Source of the DNA: Octopus sinensis
Taxonomy: Eukaryota
DNA length: 51,501 bases
Direction: 5' to 3'
Assembly: GCF_006345805.1 (NCBI RefSeq)
Contig: NW_021834350.1
Location: 1-51,501 of the forward strand
The notes under the pieces are model-generated. The model was not told where the DNA came from and did not search any database. It was given only the letters and a program-made list of their open reading frames with translations. This document shows, piece after piece, positions 37,400-50,616 of the stretch. The position numbers were made by a program, and so were the translations under genes. Within the stretch, counting starts at the first letter, position 1. Each line of letters begins with the position of its first letter.

Positions 37400-37749
37400 T
37401 TTCCTTATGTATATATATATTTAGTTTCACTATGTACTTGTATACAAGTTTTCCATATATATATAGATATATATATATATATATATATATACCACACATA
37501 TATATATGTATTTATATATATACATATTATATATATACATATATATATATGCATATATTATATATATTATATATATATATATATTATATATATAATGCAT
37601 ATATACATATATATATATGTTTATATTTATATCATTGTGTATATATATACTGTATATATATAGGTATGAATATATATGTGTATATATATATATATATATG
37701 CATGTATATATGTATATATATATATATATATACATCTAATATAAAATGA

Positions 37750-37780
<31 letters not shown>

Positions 37781-38202
37781 GTGTGTGTGTATAAAAAGAT
37801 AATAGAGTTAGAGGTTAGAATAACCGTCTAAGGGATAAAAATATCCGTTATACTACCAGTATAATTACCTATGTAACCCTGGACATACGTATGCAAGCAT
37901 ATTATGCTCATAGATTACAGACAGTGACAAAGTCAAACAAGAGTTTATCAGGAATCAAATCTAAAGTAAACAAAAAATGGATAAATATTGATCAATAATA
38001 ATTGACCAACATCATTAAATTTTTTACAAAAAGTAATGATTGATGTTATCAATTGTTGTTAATCAATATTTCTCCATTTTCCTGCTTACATTAAATTTAT
38101 ATATGTATATGTATATTATGTATGTATATGTATGTATACATATATATGTATATATATATATAATTAAATATATATGTATATACATCTTTATGTATGCATA
38201 TT

Positions 38203-38251
<49 letters not shown>

Positions 38252-38258
38252 TATATAT

Positions 38259-38290
<32 letters not shown>

Positions 38291-38419
38291 TAGTAAATAT
38301 ATATGTATACATATTTTATGTATGTATATTTATGTGTAAATATATATGTGTGTATATATCTATATCTATATGTGTATATCTATATATATGTATATATTAG
38401 TTGTATGTATATATATGTA

Positions 38420-38458
<39 letters not shown>

Positions 38459-38472
38459 ATGTTGTGTGTGTG

Positions 38473-38505
<33 letters not shown>

Positions 38506-38530
38506 CATACACGTATATGTATAATGTATA
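37400..38530. repeat. Degenerate (TA)n/(TG)n fields (37400-37790 and 38100-38530) separated by unique AT-rich DNA
   Basis: Seen directly. Confidence 0.9.
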
Positions 38531-38539
38531 TATGTAGAG

Positions 38540-39626
38540 TTTTCAGCATCGTCGGAATTAAATTTTTTCCTATCAAAAAGTTATCCAAATTCTAAGACGT
38601 GTGGTGGTCAGCGAGGGCAAGATGAGGTGAGTATGGTGGATGATGGAGAACTTCCAACTCCAAATCCTGTAGTTTCACCAACGTCATTTTTACGATGCGT
38701 AGTTTGGCGCTGTCTTGCGATAAAATAGGAGTGAATCTTTTGACTAATCTAGGCTGTTTTTTGTAGGTTTCTGCATCATTTGGTCCAACCGCTGCAGTAT
38801 ACTTAGGCTGTGATTGATGAACCAGGTTTAATGAAATCTTAATGGATCACACCTGCAACAGACCACCAGACACACACCATCAGCTTCTTTGGATGAATTT
38901 TGCTCTTTGGACTGTGATTTGGTGGCTCGTCTTTTTCCAACAATTGTGCTGAACGTTTACTGTTGTTGTATTGGATCCATTTCTCACCACATGTTACAAT
39001 TCGATTAAAAAATGATTCATTTTTGTGACGACAAAATAGTATAATGGTATAATGCAGGCTTCCAAATGTTGCTGCTTCTGATTTTCATTGAGTTCAACTG
39101 GAACCCACTTATCCAACTTTTTCACCTTACCACTTTGATCTAGGTGAGGCAATATTGTTTGCTTGCTAACCAAACAACAGCAATGATAATTCACAGGCAC
39201 TTTGAGCTGGTTCTGACTCGACTGTGACTTTCAGTGCGTCATTATCCACCTTAGTCTCTGGTCGACCGCATTGCTCATTTCTGAAGTCAAAGTTTATACA
39301 GCGATATTATGCAAACCAATTTGATACTGCCTGGTGTGTAATAACATTAGAATGAAATACTCCATTGATATTCTGAGTTGTCTGTGATGCTGTATTTCCA
39401 AGAAATAACTCATATTTCGAAACTTTACGAATTTCCGACTTATCCATCTATAAACAAAAATAGCAAAAGGCGATTTATAAATATTTCATAAATCGCAAAA
39501 TGAGTTAGAATAAGGAAATAGATGTGTTAGCTTTCTAACAAAAAATATTGTCAAAATATTAAATGGCACAAATGAGCAGCTGTCAATTTTACCATACACC
39601 TTACTACAATTTCATACTTAACCTAA
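38540..39626 (-). mobile_element. Decayed mariner transposon (5' TIR present, 3' end lost)
   Basis: By hand translation on the minus strand from ATG at 39447: MDKSEIRKVF..YELFLG, CGRP, KLDKWVPVEL (WVPHEL), IVTCGEKW, HPPYSPHLA (YSPDLAP). TIR-like ttaggttaagtatgaaat next to TA at 39627-39628. Confidence 0.88.
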
Positions 39627-39781
39627 TATATATAATATATATATATAATAAATATATATATATAGCTATATGTATATATGTATATATATATGTACATGTG
39701 TATATATATAATATATATATATATATATGTATATGTATATATATGCATGTAAATATATATTATATATATATATATATATAT

Positions 39782-39816
<35 letters not shown>

Positions 39817-40063
39817 ATATATATGCATATGTATATATGTATCCCAAACTTTATTTTGCTACTTATGGAACAACTGTCTTCGAAGACTCATATTGTTTTT
39901 CAGGGCTCGATGAAAGTAGATAGACAGCCGACAACCGATGATGGAACGTTTTTTTGTAACTTGTCCTGTATTCCATTTGTTTCTCTCGTTGTTTGCGTAT
40001 TGAACTCATTTGTTTTCGTATTTGATGTTTTTTAATGTTGGTGACGTCATATACCCATATATG

Positions 40064-40119
<56 letters not shown>

Positions 40120-40279
40120 TTCCTGCGTATTTTCTTGTGCCACACATGGTAATCTTGGAGGGAAGGATGCAAAATTATTCGTCTATATAAATTCGGAAAT
40201 GCTGGTTATCTTATGTTATGTCGCTTGATCGGAGATGCAAAGGGTGGGTTTAGCATTTTAAAATTTATAATCTTGAAAT

Positions 40280-40336
40280 ATAATGCTGATGAAGGAAATG
40301 AATTTTACTATTCTAATCCCGAAACGCGTACATGAT
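40280..40336 (+). ncRNA. Penelope-type minimal hammerhead ribozyme motif
   Basis: ataatg-CUGAUGA-a-gga...ucc-c-GAA-ACGCGU-A-catgat: palindromic stem III, GUA triplet, stem I 5/6 paired. Confidence 0.55.
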
Positions 40337-40585
40337 TAATCGTAAGACTGGTTGATTTCGTTTTCTTTTCTTCTTTTTGCCTGTGTGAGTTACGAGTATT
40401 GCTGTCTGTGGAGTTATGTTTGTAGTTTGAAGAATTAGCTGTTTTAACTGCTATTTCTAAATTTTCGGTATGTGGTGAAGCAACTTTTTGCTAAACCCTT
40501 AACTATATTTATAATTATAAAAAAAAATTTTTTGTATAAGTTTTTACCGATAATGGTTTTTTTCCATACCGAAGCTACTTGGTAA

Positions 40586-40702
40586 AAGTTGAGAGAAGAA
40601 TGGAGTAAAATTGTGCCTAGCAACTGCAAGAAACTAGTCGATTCAATGCCTAGCCGTATAAAAGCGGTACTTGATGCTAAAGGAGGGTCAACCAGATATT
40701 AA
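40586..40702 (+). pseudogene. C-terminal fragment of a Tc1-like transposase
   Basis: KLREEWSKIVPSNCKKLVDSMPSRIKAVLDAKGGSTRY* (Tc1 LV.SMP.R..AV..AKGG.T.Y signature); TIR-like ggggtggccaacactgtgcacgca at about 40776-40799. Confidence 0.82.
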
Positions 40703-41109
40703 AACTGTATATTGTGAAATATACCATAATCTACCATGTGCATTAACATTGAGATAGCAGAACCCCAAAAGATTGGGGTGGCCAACACTGTGCACGCACA
40801 CACACACATACACACACACACACACACACGTAAAACCAAAATGGTTTTAATTTTTCGTCTTGAAGAGTTCGGTTAACGAACGAAAGCGCAAATAAACAAT
40901 TATCCAAAATTCTGACTGCCTCCTTTTTCTCAATACACAATATCTGTACACTACTTCAAACACTCTATACATACATAGACGCGTGCGCGCACACACACGC
41001 AAACACAAGCATACGCGCACTCACACGCAGAGACACACATATAGGTAGGAGTAAAAAATTGACTAAGGAACATAGGAAAAATACAGTCAAGATGTGGACA
41101 TGCTCATCC

Positions 41110-41345
41110 GTTGTGAGTGTTTATTGAGCGAAAACACCTAAAGCTCCACGAGGGTCCGGCAGTGGGTGGTGGTGATCCCTGCTGTACTCTTTCGCCACAA
41201 CTTTCTCTCACTCTTTCTTCTGTTGGCTTGCTCGCTTAGCCGGCGGGGAGGCTTCATTTGAAGGCTAAAACAATGCGAAGCGCATTGTGACCAGCGATGT
41301 GTAGCAACATCTGATAGCCTGGTCGGTCACGGTGATCACGGTGAT
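41110..41345 (+). mobile_element. Head-less SINE family C body with an alternative 3' tail
   Basis: Body identical in layout to 33320-33430, then a different tail ending gtcacggtgatcacggtgat. Confidence 0.75.
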
Positions 41346-41358
41346 ATATGTATGTATG

Positions 41359-41392
<34 letters not shown>

Positions 41393-42720
41393 TATAAAGC
41401 ACCAAAGGTCCTTCCTGAATCATAAGCTCGTAAGGTCAGTTTCTCGGATTCTGTGTTGTAAATATAATCCCCACCGCTGAGTGGAAACCGGTCCGACGCA
41501 AGGTTACTCACTTTTGCCAGCTAAGAAGACTGAAGCAACGTAAAATGGAGCGTTTTGCTCAAAAACTCACTCAACACTTCTCACGATCCAGGAGTCGAAA
41601 CCGCTATCTTACGATCATGAGTGCCACAACCTAACCACTAATTTATAGGCACACACGCGCACACACACGAACACACATACACACATGTCTGTGTCTGACT
41701 TTGGTATTCGTGTTTTATCACCTTGTTTTGCACCAATGTATTCCCATCTCTCTTTTTTTTTCTCTCTCTCTCTAAATAGATACATATTCGTGTGTGTCTG
41801 TGTGTGTGTGTGTGTGTCTGTGTGTTTGTATGAGCGTTCGCATGTGTTTATATATATAACTTAGTTACACACAAGCGCACAAAACATATAATGAGATTTA
41901 GACAAAATCAGAAGTGAAACGGCGGGAAGCATGTTAGCAATTAAGATTTTAAGCTGGCGAGTATTAATCGGTTTTAAGTTCTGTGTAATATAAGATTTGT
42001 TCTTCGCACCGAAAATATATGCCCCCTGTCAAGAGAAAAACTGTTAATGGTTGATTTCTTTAAAGTAAATAAGTAAATAGGTAATTAAGAATGTACACAG
42101 ACATACGCGCTCGCACACACACAGTGTGTATTTCTCCTGAGAAATAACACACAAATAGATCAGTAGCAGACGAAAATCGCCCAGTAGTGGTATTGCTGGA
42201 TGCGCATTTCTGCCATTTTACGCTTCGTCAGTGGTACATACTCACCGGCAAGCAATTGCTAAGACAAAATCCGTCGCTACTGATATAGGAAAACGGTGAT
42301 TGTAAAAATCATTGATGATGCAATTAACCGGTCGGCTGAATAAAATTTCGTTTTGTTCAATAGAAGCAGTAATGGATACAAATAGCAATCAGTTTAATAC
42401 TTAATGCAGATACATCACGGTATCTGTGGAATTCGTCCTGAGATAGTGTCTTTTATTGATGTACTGTGTTAAATAACACAAAAAATATCAGAAGTAGACG
42501 AAAATCATCTAGAAAAGTTGAGAGTATTACTACATGTACATTCCTGCCTCTTTAGATTTCGTTGAGATTTTCTCATCATTCCATGGTGAACTTAGATTTT
42601 CGATAACTGTCGAATCGTTGACACGTAGAAGGTGGAACAGATTGTTGCAATATAATTCAAAGCTTCGGGGTTAATTACTCTGGAATTAACAATTAGTGGG
42701 GAAAATTGTTGATCGGTTTA

Positions 42721-43059
42721 TGTTGTGAAGCGATCCATTATCACTTTTGTATCTGTCTTTTGAAGACGATTGTCGCTCTGAAATGATATTTTTATATTCC
42801 AAAGTTGTCGACAAGAATGTTCTATCTGGCACTGTACGACCCTCAGTCGTACAGTGTTATTATCCTCAACAGGTTGAATCGTTATAACGTCCACTCAGTA
42901 TCACAGTATATTTTCTATATCAGCACAGACACGACTATCAACACAGTCTACACGTACTCTCGACTTTCTGACCTCCTGTCGACCGGCTATTGGTCTATTT
43001 ATAATGGCTGGTTACTACCACTTCTTACCGGGTGGGGTGTTCAGTTTCACTATACAACA
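42721..43059 (-). repeat. 3' LTR
   Basis: Homologous to 47898-48203; abutted by PPT ttaaaaggggaga (reverse complement of 43060-43072). Confidence 0.9.
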
Positions 43060-43121
43060 TCTCCCCTTTTAATTTCTTTATTTAACACTCAATTTATTCT
43101 ATTCACCCCACCTCCTTTTAT

Positions 43122-43170
<49 letters not shown>

Positions 43171-43334
43171 CACTCAATATCTTTTCTTCTTAGGGTCTAC
43201 TTTTAGGAGTTCAGTGTTCTTCCTTTTCTTGTACGTGTGGCGTCGACTTCTTGTAACCTGAAAAGTGTCATATAGCCAATCCATCGGTATTTCTACTCTT
43301 TTTGGTTCCTATGACTCTTTCCTTAAGCTGATTT

Positions 43335-44160
43335 CTACGTCACCTTTCCATTCCATTTCTGCTTCTTACACCATACATCATTATTCCTATGTATGTTACA
43401 ATTTCTCTTTCTTCTCAGTATTGCTTGCCATTTTTGTACATTCTTACATAGCGATTCTAAAGAATTTTGGCATGTCTTTATTAGCACGTATTTTTTCTTC
43501 ACTGGTAACAGTTTATCGAATACTGACTTTATCTTTCTGACAAACATTAATTCTGCTGGTGAACTTCCTTCCGGCGCATTTGGGTTCGGAGTTACTCTGT
43601 ATACCTTTACGAATTGTTGGATCGCAACCTCGTCCGTGGCTTCCTTGTTAGCTTTCTTTAAAGCTCTCTTAAAAGTGTCCACGAACCGTTCGGCCCTTCC
43701 ATTCGATCTAGGGTGATATGGTGCAAACGTTTTATGTTCTAACGTAAATATGTCACAGAATCTTTTAAACGCACAGGATACAAACTGTGTTCTGTTATCA
43801 GAGACAATTATATCCAGTACCCCAAATCTTGCGAACAGCTCGTGTAAGAAGTTTATTACTGTATATGAGGTTGGTCGTTTACATCTCGCGACCTCAGGCC
43901 ATTTTTTGTAGCTGTCCACTACTATTAAGTAATAATATCCATTTACCGGGTCTGCAAAATCGATATGCAATCGGGACCATGGTATTTTCACTTCCGGCCA
44001 AGATTCACATTTTGTAGTAGGTAGCTTCGCTGTTAGCGCATATCCTCTGCTTTCATCTTCCTTGTCCATGCTTGGCAAGTATACGAAACTTCGCACCAGC
44101 ACTTTCATTCTAGAGATGCCTGGATGTCACACATAGAACTCTTTTAGCATTCTCTTCTGT
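43335..44160 (-). pseudogene. pol: Integrase region of Gypsy pol
   Basis: HPG zinc-binding remnant, PWSRLHIDFA, LIVVDSYKKWPEV, IVSDN, PYHPRSNGRAERFVDTFK. Confidence 0.92.
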
Positions 44161-44661
44161 AATGTCTGTGGTATGACGACCCTCGAAGCGTACATTAGTA
44201 CACCATCACATATAGGCGGTTCTTTGCATCAGAGCTTTATTTCCTTTTGTCGACCACAGTTTTTTTTTTGCCTCATTAATAAATTTGTCATTTCTCGCAT
44301 TTCTTCTTATTTATTACAAAGTGACTGGTAGTTCACGCACGATGTTCCACATCCATTTTGTTTCTGCTTCTACTCTTAGTGCTGCTATTACGGTGCCCTC
44401 CAGCGGTTCGTTATTTCTCGGAATTAGCCTAGACCAGGGATGGGGAACCTTTTTGTGCATAAAGGCCACTCTACAATTCATCATATCTGATAGAAGCCGC
44501 GTTGAACAAATTATTATTATTTTTTTAAAGTTATTTTATCTCCGAAGTAATTTATTAGTAATCTATTAAAAGAAAGACAGGTGTGTAGAAATCGAAAGCA
44601 TGACTTTTCAAATATTTTATTTAAGTAAGTAGGTGCATTGTATACAAGTAATAAGTAAATG

Positions 44662-44947
44662 GTGGAGGCACAATCGCCCAGTGGTTAGGGCAGCAGACTC
44701 GCTGTCGGAGGATCGCGGTTTCGATTCCCAGACCGGGCGTTGTGTGTGTTTATTGGGCGAAAATACCTAAATCTTCACAAGGCTCCGGCAGGGGGTGGTG
44801 GCGACCCCTGTTGTACTCTTTCGCCCAAACTTTCTCTCAATCTTTCTTCCTGTTTCTTCAGTAATGCTGCGGGGGAAGCACATACGCCATAGAAACCGGG
44901 AAACCGGGTCCATGAGCCTGGCTTGGCTTGAAAAGGGAGAAAAGAAG
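44662..44947 (+). mobile_element. SINE family C head/body with a third tail type, nested in the Gypsy element
   Basis: 12-bp TSD aataagtaaatg at 44650-44661 and 44948-44959. Confidence 0.85.
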
Positions 44948-44993
44948 AATAAGTAAATGAATAATAATCTTATAGAAAAGATAGCTTACGAAA

Positions 44994-45210
44994 GGCGGCG
45001 AGCTGGCAGAAACGTTAGCCCGCCGAGCGAAATGCGTAGCCGTATTTCGTCTGCCGCTACGTTCTGAGTTCAAATTCCGCCGAGGTCGACTTTGCCTTTC
45101 ATCCTTTCGGGGGGTCGATAAATTAAGTACCAGTAACACACTGGGGTATTGTAATCGACTTAATCCGTTTGTCTGTCCTTGTTTAATCCCTTGTGGGTAG
45201 TAAAGAAATA
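44994..45210 (+). mobile_element. SINE family A monomer nested in the Gypsy element
   Basis: Full head, core, and tail ending taaagaaata. Confidence 0.9.
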
Positions 45211-45472
45211 TATAACATTTTCAAATATTTGATTTAGGCAAATAGGTACTTTTTATACAAATTAATGATTTCTTTGAATTTGTTCTTTTTGAGAAAGCAT
45301 TTTGATACCAGGCTCTAATACAGTGATTCTTAATTTCAATTAGTCCTCCAAACGTTCATCTGTTAATTGTGTTCTCAATGAATTTCGTCAGTATGTTGAA
45401 GAAAAGCAGGAAATTAGTCGGCGTGCATGTTCACGAAGACGAGGATAATTCTGCATTTTGTCCCAACCTTTT

Positions 45473-45880
45473 TCAAAGCAGATATTCCATTCCATCATCG
45501 TAGTTTAATAGAATGGTACACCGCTGCTGCAGTCTGTTTGCCGTTTGCATGGGGATTCCTTTCTTGGATCTGTATATCGTTATTAGAGATCTATGGTCCG
45601 TTTGTAACCGAAAACGTCGACCGTGAATGAACCTGTGAAATTTTTTCACGCCAAGTATGATAGCCAACGCCTTTTTTTCAATCTGGTTATAGCTCTTTTC
45701 CGTCGGCAATAATGTCCTTGATGTGTGAGCTATAACCTTTCTTCTGCCCCCGTTATCCTTGTGTAGGGTCACGGCTCTTATCTCATACTCGCAAGCGTCC
45801 GTAGCTAGTATTATCTCTGATTTGGGGTCGAAATGCTTAAGATACAAGTCTGAAGTTAACGCATCGTTTAACTCGTTAAA
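45473..45880 (-). pseudogene. pol: RNase H region of Gypsy pol
   Basis: AFNEL..ALTSDLYLKHFDP, LATDAC, SRTLLPTEKSYNQIEKKALAI, LQTDHRSL. Confidence 0.88.
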
Positions 45881-46346
45881 TGCCTTCTAGTTCGTTATTG
45901 AGCTGATCTACCGCCGCACATCTACGGCACATTCCGTTTGGGTCTGAAAATAGGTGTTGAATTATCTTTGATAGCAAATCCTGCTTTTGTTTTTGTTTTT
46001 AGCCTAAACCTTCCGAGAAAACTTTTGGGAAAGTGTTTCATTTTTGTTTGTTTCTGTTCATCGACCTCGTTCGACTGCTCCATTTCGTTATTGCACAAAG
46101 CGCTTATGGATGCATCCCATTAATTAAATTTCTCTATACTTTCGATGCCAAATAAATTCATGGATTTTTTTCAACACATAAACGTTCAAATTTTTTGGTT
46201 CGACCGTTGAACATTATACTTCACCAGTGAAATGTAATTTTCTTTCCGTGACACCATATGCTATTTTGTTTGAATTACATAATTTTGGTTTACCCATTTG
46301 TTCCTATGTCTTCTCGTTTATGATTGTGATATCACTTCCCGTGTCT

Positions 46347-46735
46347 GAATGGAAGCACTCCGTCGGTTACGACGACGAGGTTTCCGGTTGATCCGAATCA
46401 ACGGAAAAGCCTGCTCGTGAAATTAACGTGTAAGTGGCTGAGCACTCCACAGACACGTGTACCCTTAACGTAGTTCTCGGGGATATTCAGCGTGATACAG
46501 AGAGTGACAAGGCCGGCCCTTTGAAATACAGGTACAACAGAAACAGGAAATAAGAGTGAGAGAAAGTTGTGGTGAAAGAGTACAGCAGGGATCACCACCA
46601 TCCCCTGCCGGAGCCTCGTGGAGCTTTTAGGTGTTTTCGCTCAATAAACACTCACAACGCCCGGTCTGGGAATCGAAACCGCGATCCTATGACCGCGAGT
46701 CCGCTGCCCTAACCACTGGGCCATTGCGCCTCCAC
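46347..46735 (-). mobile_element. SINE family C, full length, inserted in the Gypsy protease
   Basis: 10-bp TSD tcccgtgtct at 46337-46346 and 46736-46745. Confidence 0.92.
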
Positions 46736-46745
46736 TCCCGTGTCT

Positions 46746-47700
46746 AATTGCCTTCTGACACTAGTGTTTTCAATTCTCACATTCATAAATTTTCTGTTTG
46801 TTGTAGTCACAACTTTTTCCGCTAATAAACTATTTATTCTTGTTTTTTTTCTTGTTTGTTCCATTTTCCTATCATTCTAGATTTGCAGTGCGATTTTACA
46901 TGTCCTGTAAACCCGCCGCGAAAACACGTTGTATTTTTATACGGACAATATTTTTTAGGTGCATCCCACCTCATGCCTTTCATGGGTCAACATTCCGATA
47001 TTTTTCCTGTTTTTTCTGCAACACTTTATTTATCTTCCGACTTTTTTTCACTTTCCGTTGAATTTCTTCCGTGTCATGCCTTAATTTTAATATCCTGTCA
47101 CGCTCTTCCGACAGTTTCTGCAATGTGAAATCCTGGTTCATTTCCAGTTTTGATAGAATATCTGTTCAGATTTCAGCATCTTTTCTATCTGTCAATCTTT
47201 GCGCAAAAATCAAAAACTTGAAAGGATCTGGAGTAAGCATATATAGTCTAACTCTCTCACATTCTTTGTTGACTCTGCCTGTGCAAGTAGTGAGGTCTTC
47301 ACCATCGCTGTTTTCTCTGTTTAAAATTTTCATCTAGTATTAAACAGTGAGGTCTTTTCACTAAACATTTTGCACAAAATGTCAACTGTGTCGGTGAAAT
47401 TTATGTCGGACGCGTTTTTCTGGCAATATGAAGTTACTATACTTCTCATGCTCTGCTATCCTAGTTTTCTTAACACTAGACGAGTTTTAATTTGTCCGTC
47501 CAATATTGACATTCTTTTTCAAAAAATTTGTTGAAATCTTCGTAAGTAAGCCTCGAAAGTAACTCCTTCTTCGGGGTCATATTTGAATTCGCTTATTGAA
47601 TTTGTTACATGGTCAGGGGAAAATATATTCTCCAGATTGGTTATCAACTTCATTAAGTGTAACATTGGCAGCTGCAATACTTGTTCTCGTTGTTCCTAGA
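46746..47700 (-). pseudogene. gag: Decayed gag region of the Gypsy element
   Basis: Hand translation gives EFKYDPEEGVTFEAYLRRF...LRKLG.AEHEKYSNFILP...FSEKTSLF, resembling Mag-type gag; many stops and frameshifts. Confidence 0.65.
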
Positions 47701-47897
47701 GTTGTTGTTGCTGTTTTATGCAACTCAACTATCCCAGATAACAAGTCTTCCATATTTTACGATTTTCGTAAGTTTGCACAACAAATTTTTGTTTCTTATC
47801 TGTCGAGGTATCTAATTTTCCACGTGAATTAGTTTAAACTCTCCGTGTGAATGTTTTTTTTTTACCTCCGTGTAAATTTGTTTTTCCTTGTCGTCAC

Positions 47898-48203
47898 TGT
47901 TTTTACCACTTTTGTGTCTGTCTTTTGACGACGGTTATCGCTCTGACAGATATTGTAATATTCCGAAGTTGTCGATAGGATGGTTCTATTTGGCACTGTA
48001 CGACCCTCAGTCGTACAGCGTTAGTATCCTCAAAATGTTGGATCGTTGTAACGTCCACTCAGTATCACAGTATTATTTCTTTATTAGCACAGACATGACT
48101 ATCAACATAGTCTACACGTACTCTCGACGTGTCGACCGGCTATTTATAATGGCTGGCTACTACCACTTTTACCGGGAGGGGTGTACAGTTTCACTATACA
48201 ACA
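47898..48203 (-). repeat. 5' LTR
   Basis: Direct repeat of 42721-43059; followed on the minus strand by tgacgacaagg, a degenerate TGGCGACGAGG-type PBS (47886-47896). Confidence 0.88.
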
Positions 48204-49816
48204 GTTTATAAAGTCAGAAACATCACTAGCATCTGAAAAGATTAGTGGTATGATACAGCCGCAGGGATCAGTTCGGTAAAACCGTTGTTGATTTTCCTCA
48301 GGGAAATCCAGAGCAAAAAAAATTCTATAATCAAGTCCAAAGCATTCAAGACATGACGAAAATCAACATTTTGTTTTTGTCTTTTTTCTTTTATCTTCTC
48401 TCTTTTACTTGTTTTAGTTATTGGCCCTAAGCCATTCTGGGCTACCGCCTTAAAGGTTTAATCGAATAAATTTGAGCTCAGTACTTAATTACAAGACTGG
48501 TACTTATTTTGTCGGTTTCTTTTGCCGAACCACTACGTTACAGGGGCACGAGTCGAGTACTGAGGTCTATGTAGCCGACTAGCCCCAATCACCTCTCCCC
48601 AACTTGCAGGCCTTGTGCCTATAAGAGATGGGATTATTATTGAAACGAAGGTTAATGGAAATAACAAAGTTTAGAGCTAAAAGGAATACACGGAAATATA
48701 GCTACCAGTTTCAAACTTTTGTATTGGAATTCCGCCGGGTACAATCATTTTTTCTCTTTACGTACCAGTAGCAATCAATAAAATCGATAAAACAAGTAAC
48801 AATAATACCAATAATATCAATAGCATACTGAGATCAATTCAATTCAATCATATATCCAACACACTGCAAAGAAAAAAAAAGGAATATGTTTTTTTTTATG
48901 AATTTGTACAAATAAATCACCAATACCTATAAAAAGTTTTGTTTATTAGGTTGAGGTTATAAAATGACACGCACACACGCCCACGCCCACACACGCCCAC
49001 GCTCACATACATAGATACACACAGATAAATATATATGCATAATGCATACACATACAAACATATTAAAAAGCTAAAAAGAAGAAAATGCTTTGAGAAGTCT
49101 ATCATGATAAAAATGTAAATGTATTCTTTTGTCCATGGTAAAGTTTTAAAGCATTTTCTTTTTGTTTTTTAATATAAATTTACCCGTCTAAAACCTATTA
49201 ACCTTTTCAATATAATACATACACACACATTATATCTGTCTATCTATCTATCTATCTATCTTATGTATAAGAAATATTTAAGATTCAGTTGAATTAGGTA
49301 ATTAAGTTGAGGCACCAAGTCTGACCAGTATTGTCCGCACAGCTCGAAGTTAAATGAATGAAAAACAAATAAGTAACAAGGATGTCCAGGTATTAGTGCA
49401 GTACGGCCGTTTCAAGCGGCTCCATTTAATCGATCATTGCAAATAATACATCAATTTGAAATAAACTGCTCTCTTCAGATGCGACACAAACAATTTGTTT
49501 ATAGTGATCAGATGATTGTGCTATATATTAGCTCACCTCCTCCATAAAAATCGACGTTTGCACAAACAGGTGCTCAGTGTACCACACGTCAGAATGTCGA
49601 AGTAATTGCAGAGCAGCGTGAGATGAGCTGTTTTGGTCAACGCACTACCCTGTCTGGGAATTGAAATCTCGATCTCGCAATCCTCAGTGCAACACTCTAA
49701 CAAACATGCCATACACATTCACGCATGCACGCACAACACACACCACACACACACACACACACACACGCACATACACACACACGCCCCCCCCCCATGACAA
49801 GTTTCTTTCACTTTCT

Positions 49817-50232
49817 TATTTCTTTACTGCCCACAACGAGCTACACACAGAGGGGACAAACAAGGACAGACAAACGGATTAAGTCGATTGTATCGACCCC
49901 AGTACGTAACTGGTACTTATTTAATCGACTCCGAAAGGATGAAAGGCAAAGTTGACCTCAGCGGAATTTGAACTCAGAACATAGCGGCAGACAAAATACC
50001 TATTTCTTTACTACTCACAAGGGGCCAAACACAGAGAAGACAAGCAAGGACAGACAAAACAGATTAAGTCGATCAGATCGACTCCTGTACGCAACTGGTA
50101 CTTAATTTATTGACCCCGAAAGGATGAAAGGCAAAGTCGACCCCGGCGGAATTTGAACTCAGAACGTAACGGCAGACGGAATACTGCTAAGTATTTCGCC
50201 CGGCGTGCTAACGACTCTGCCAGCTCGCCGCC
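49817..50232 (-). mobile_element. SINE family A dimer
   Basis: Full unit 50000-50232 plus head-less unit 49817-49999. Confidence 0.88.
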
Positions 50233-50616
50233 TTTGTTTCTTTTACGTTCTGCCTTCCAAATCCATTCAGAAGGCTTTGGCCGACCCACGACTATAGTGG
50301 AAGACACTTACCTACAGTGTTACGCAGTGCGATTGAACCTGGAACCATGTGGTTGGAACGCAAGATTCTCAGCACACAGCGACGCCTGTGCCTCTGGTGT
50401 ATTACATAGTGATTTCTTACATAGGCGCAAGGTTAAAAATTTCAAGAAGAGAACAATCTAGAACTTCATGGAAAGATGAAGGGAAAGGTCGAGCCAAGGT
50501 ATGAACGCAGAATGTAGAATCGTAGCTAGATAATACACGGAACTTTTTGTTCGACGCTCTAAACATTCTTCCTATACACCGTCCCTAACATGTATATATG
50601 ATAACGTGTCTGTTCA

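Larger units (their letters stand above)
42721..48203 (-). mobile_element. Ty3/Gypsy LTR retrotransposon (Mag-like), decayed, with nested SINEs
   Basis: Direct LTRs with TG..CA termini, 5-bp TSD gttta (42716-42720 and 48204-48208), PPT, PBS-like site, and gag/PR/RH/IN remnants in Gypsy order. Confidence 0.92.

Noticed and set aside
42199-42231. Minus-strand CUGACGA...GAA-AUGCGCAU-C hammerhead core
   Set aside because: Core and palindromic stem III are present but no stem I complement exists; not supportable as functional.
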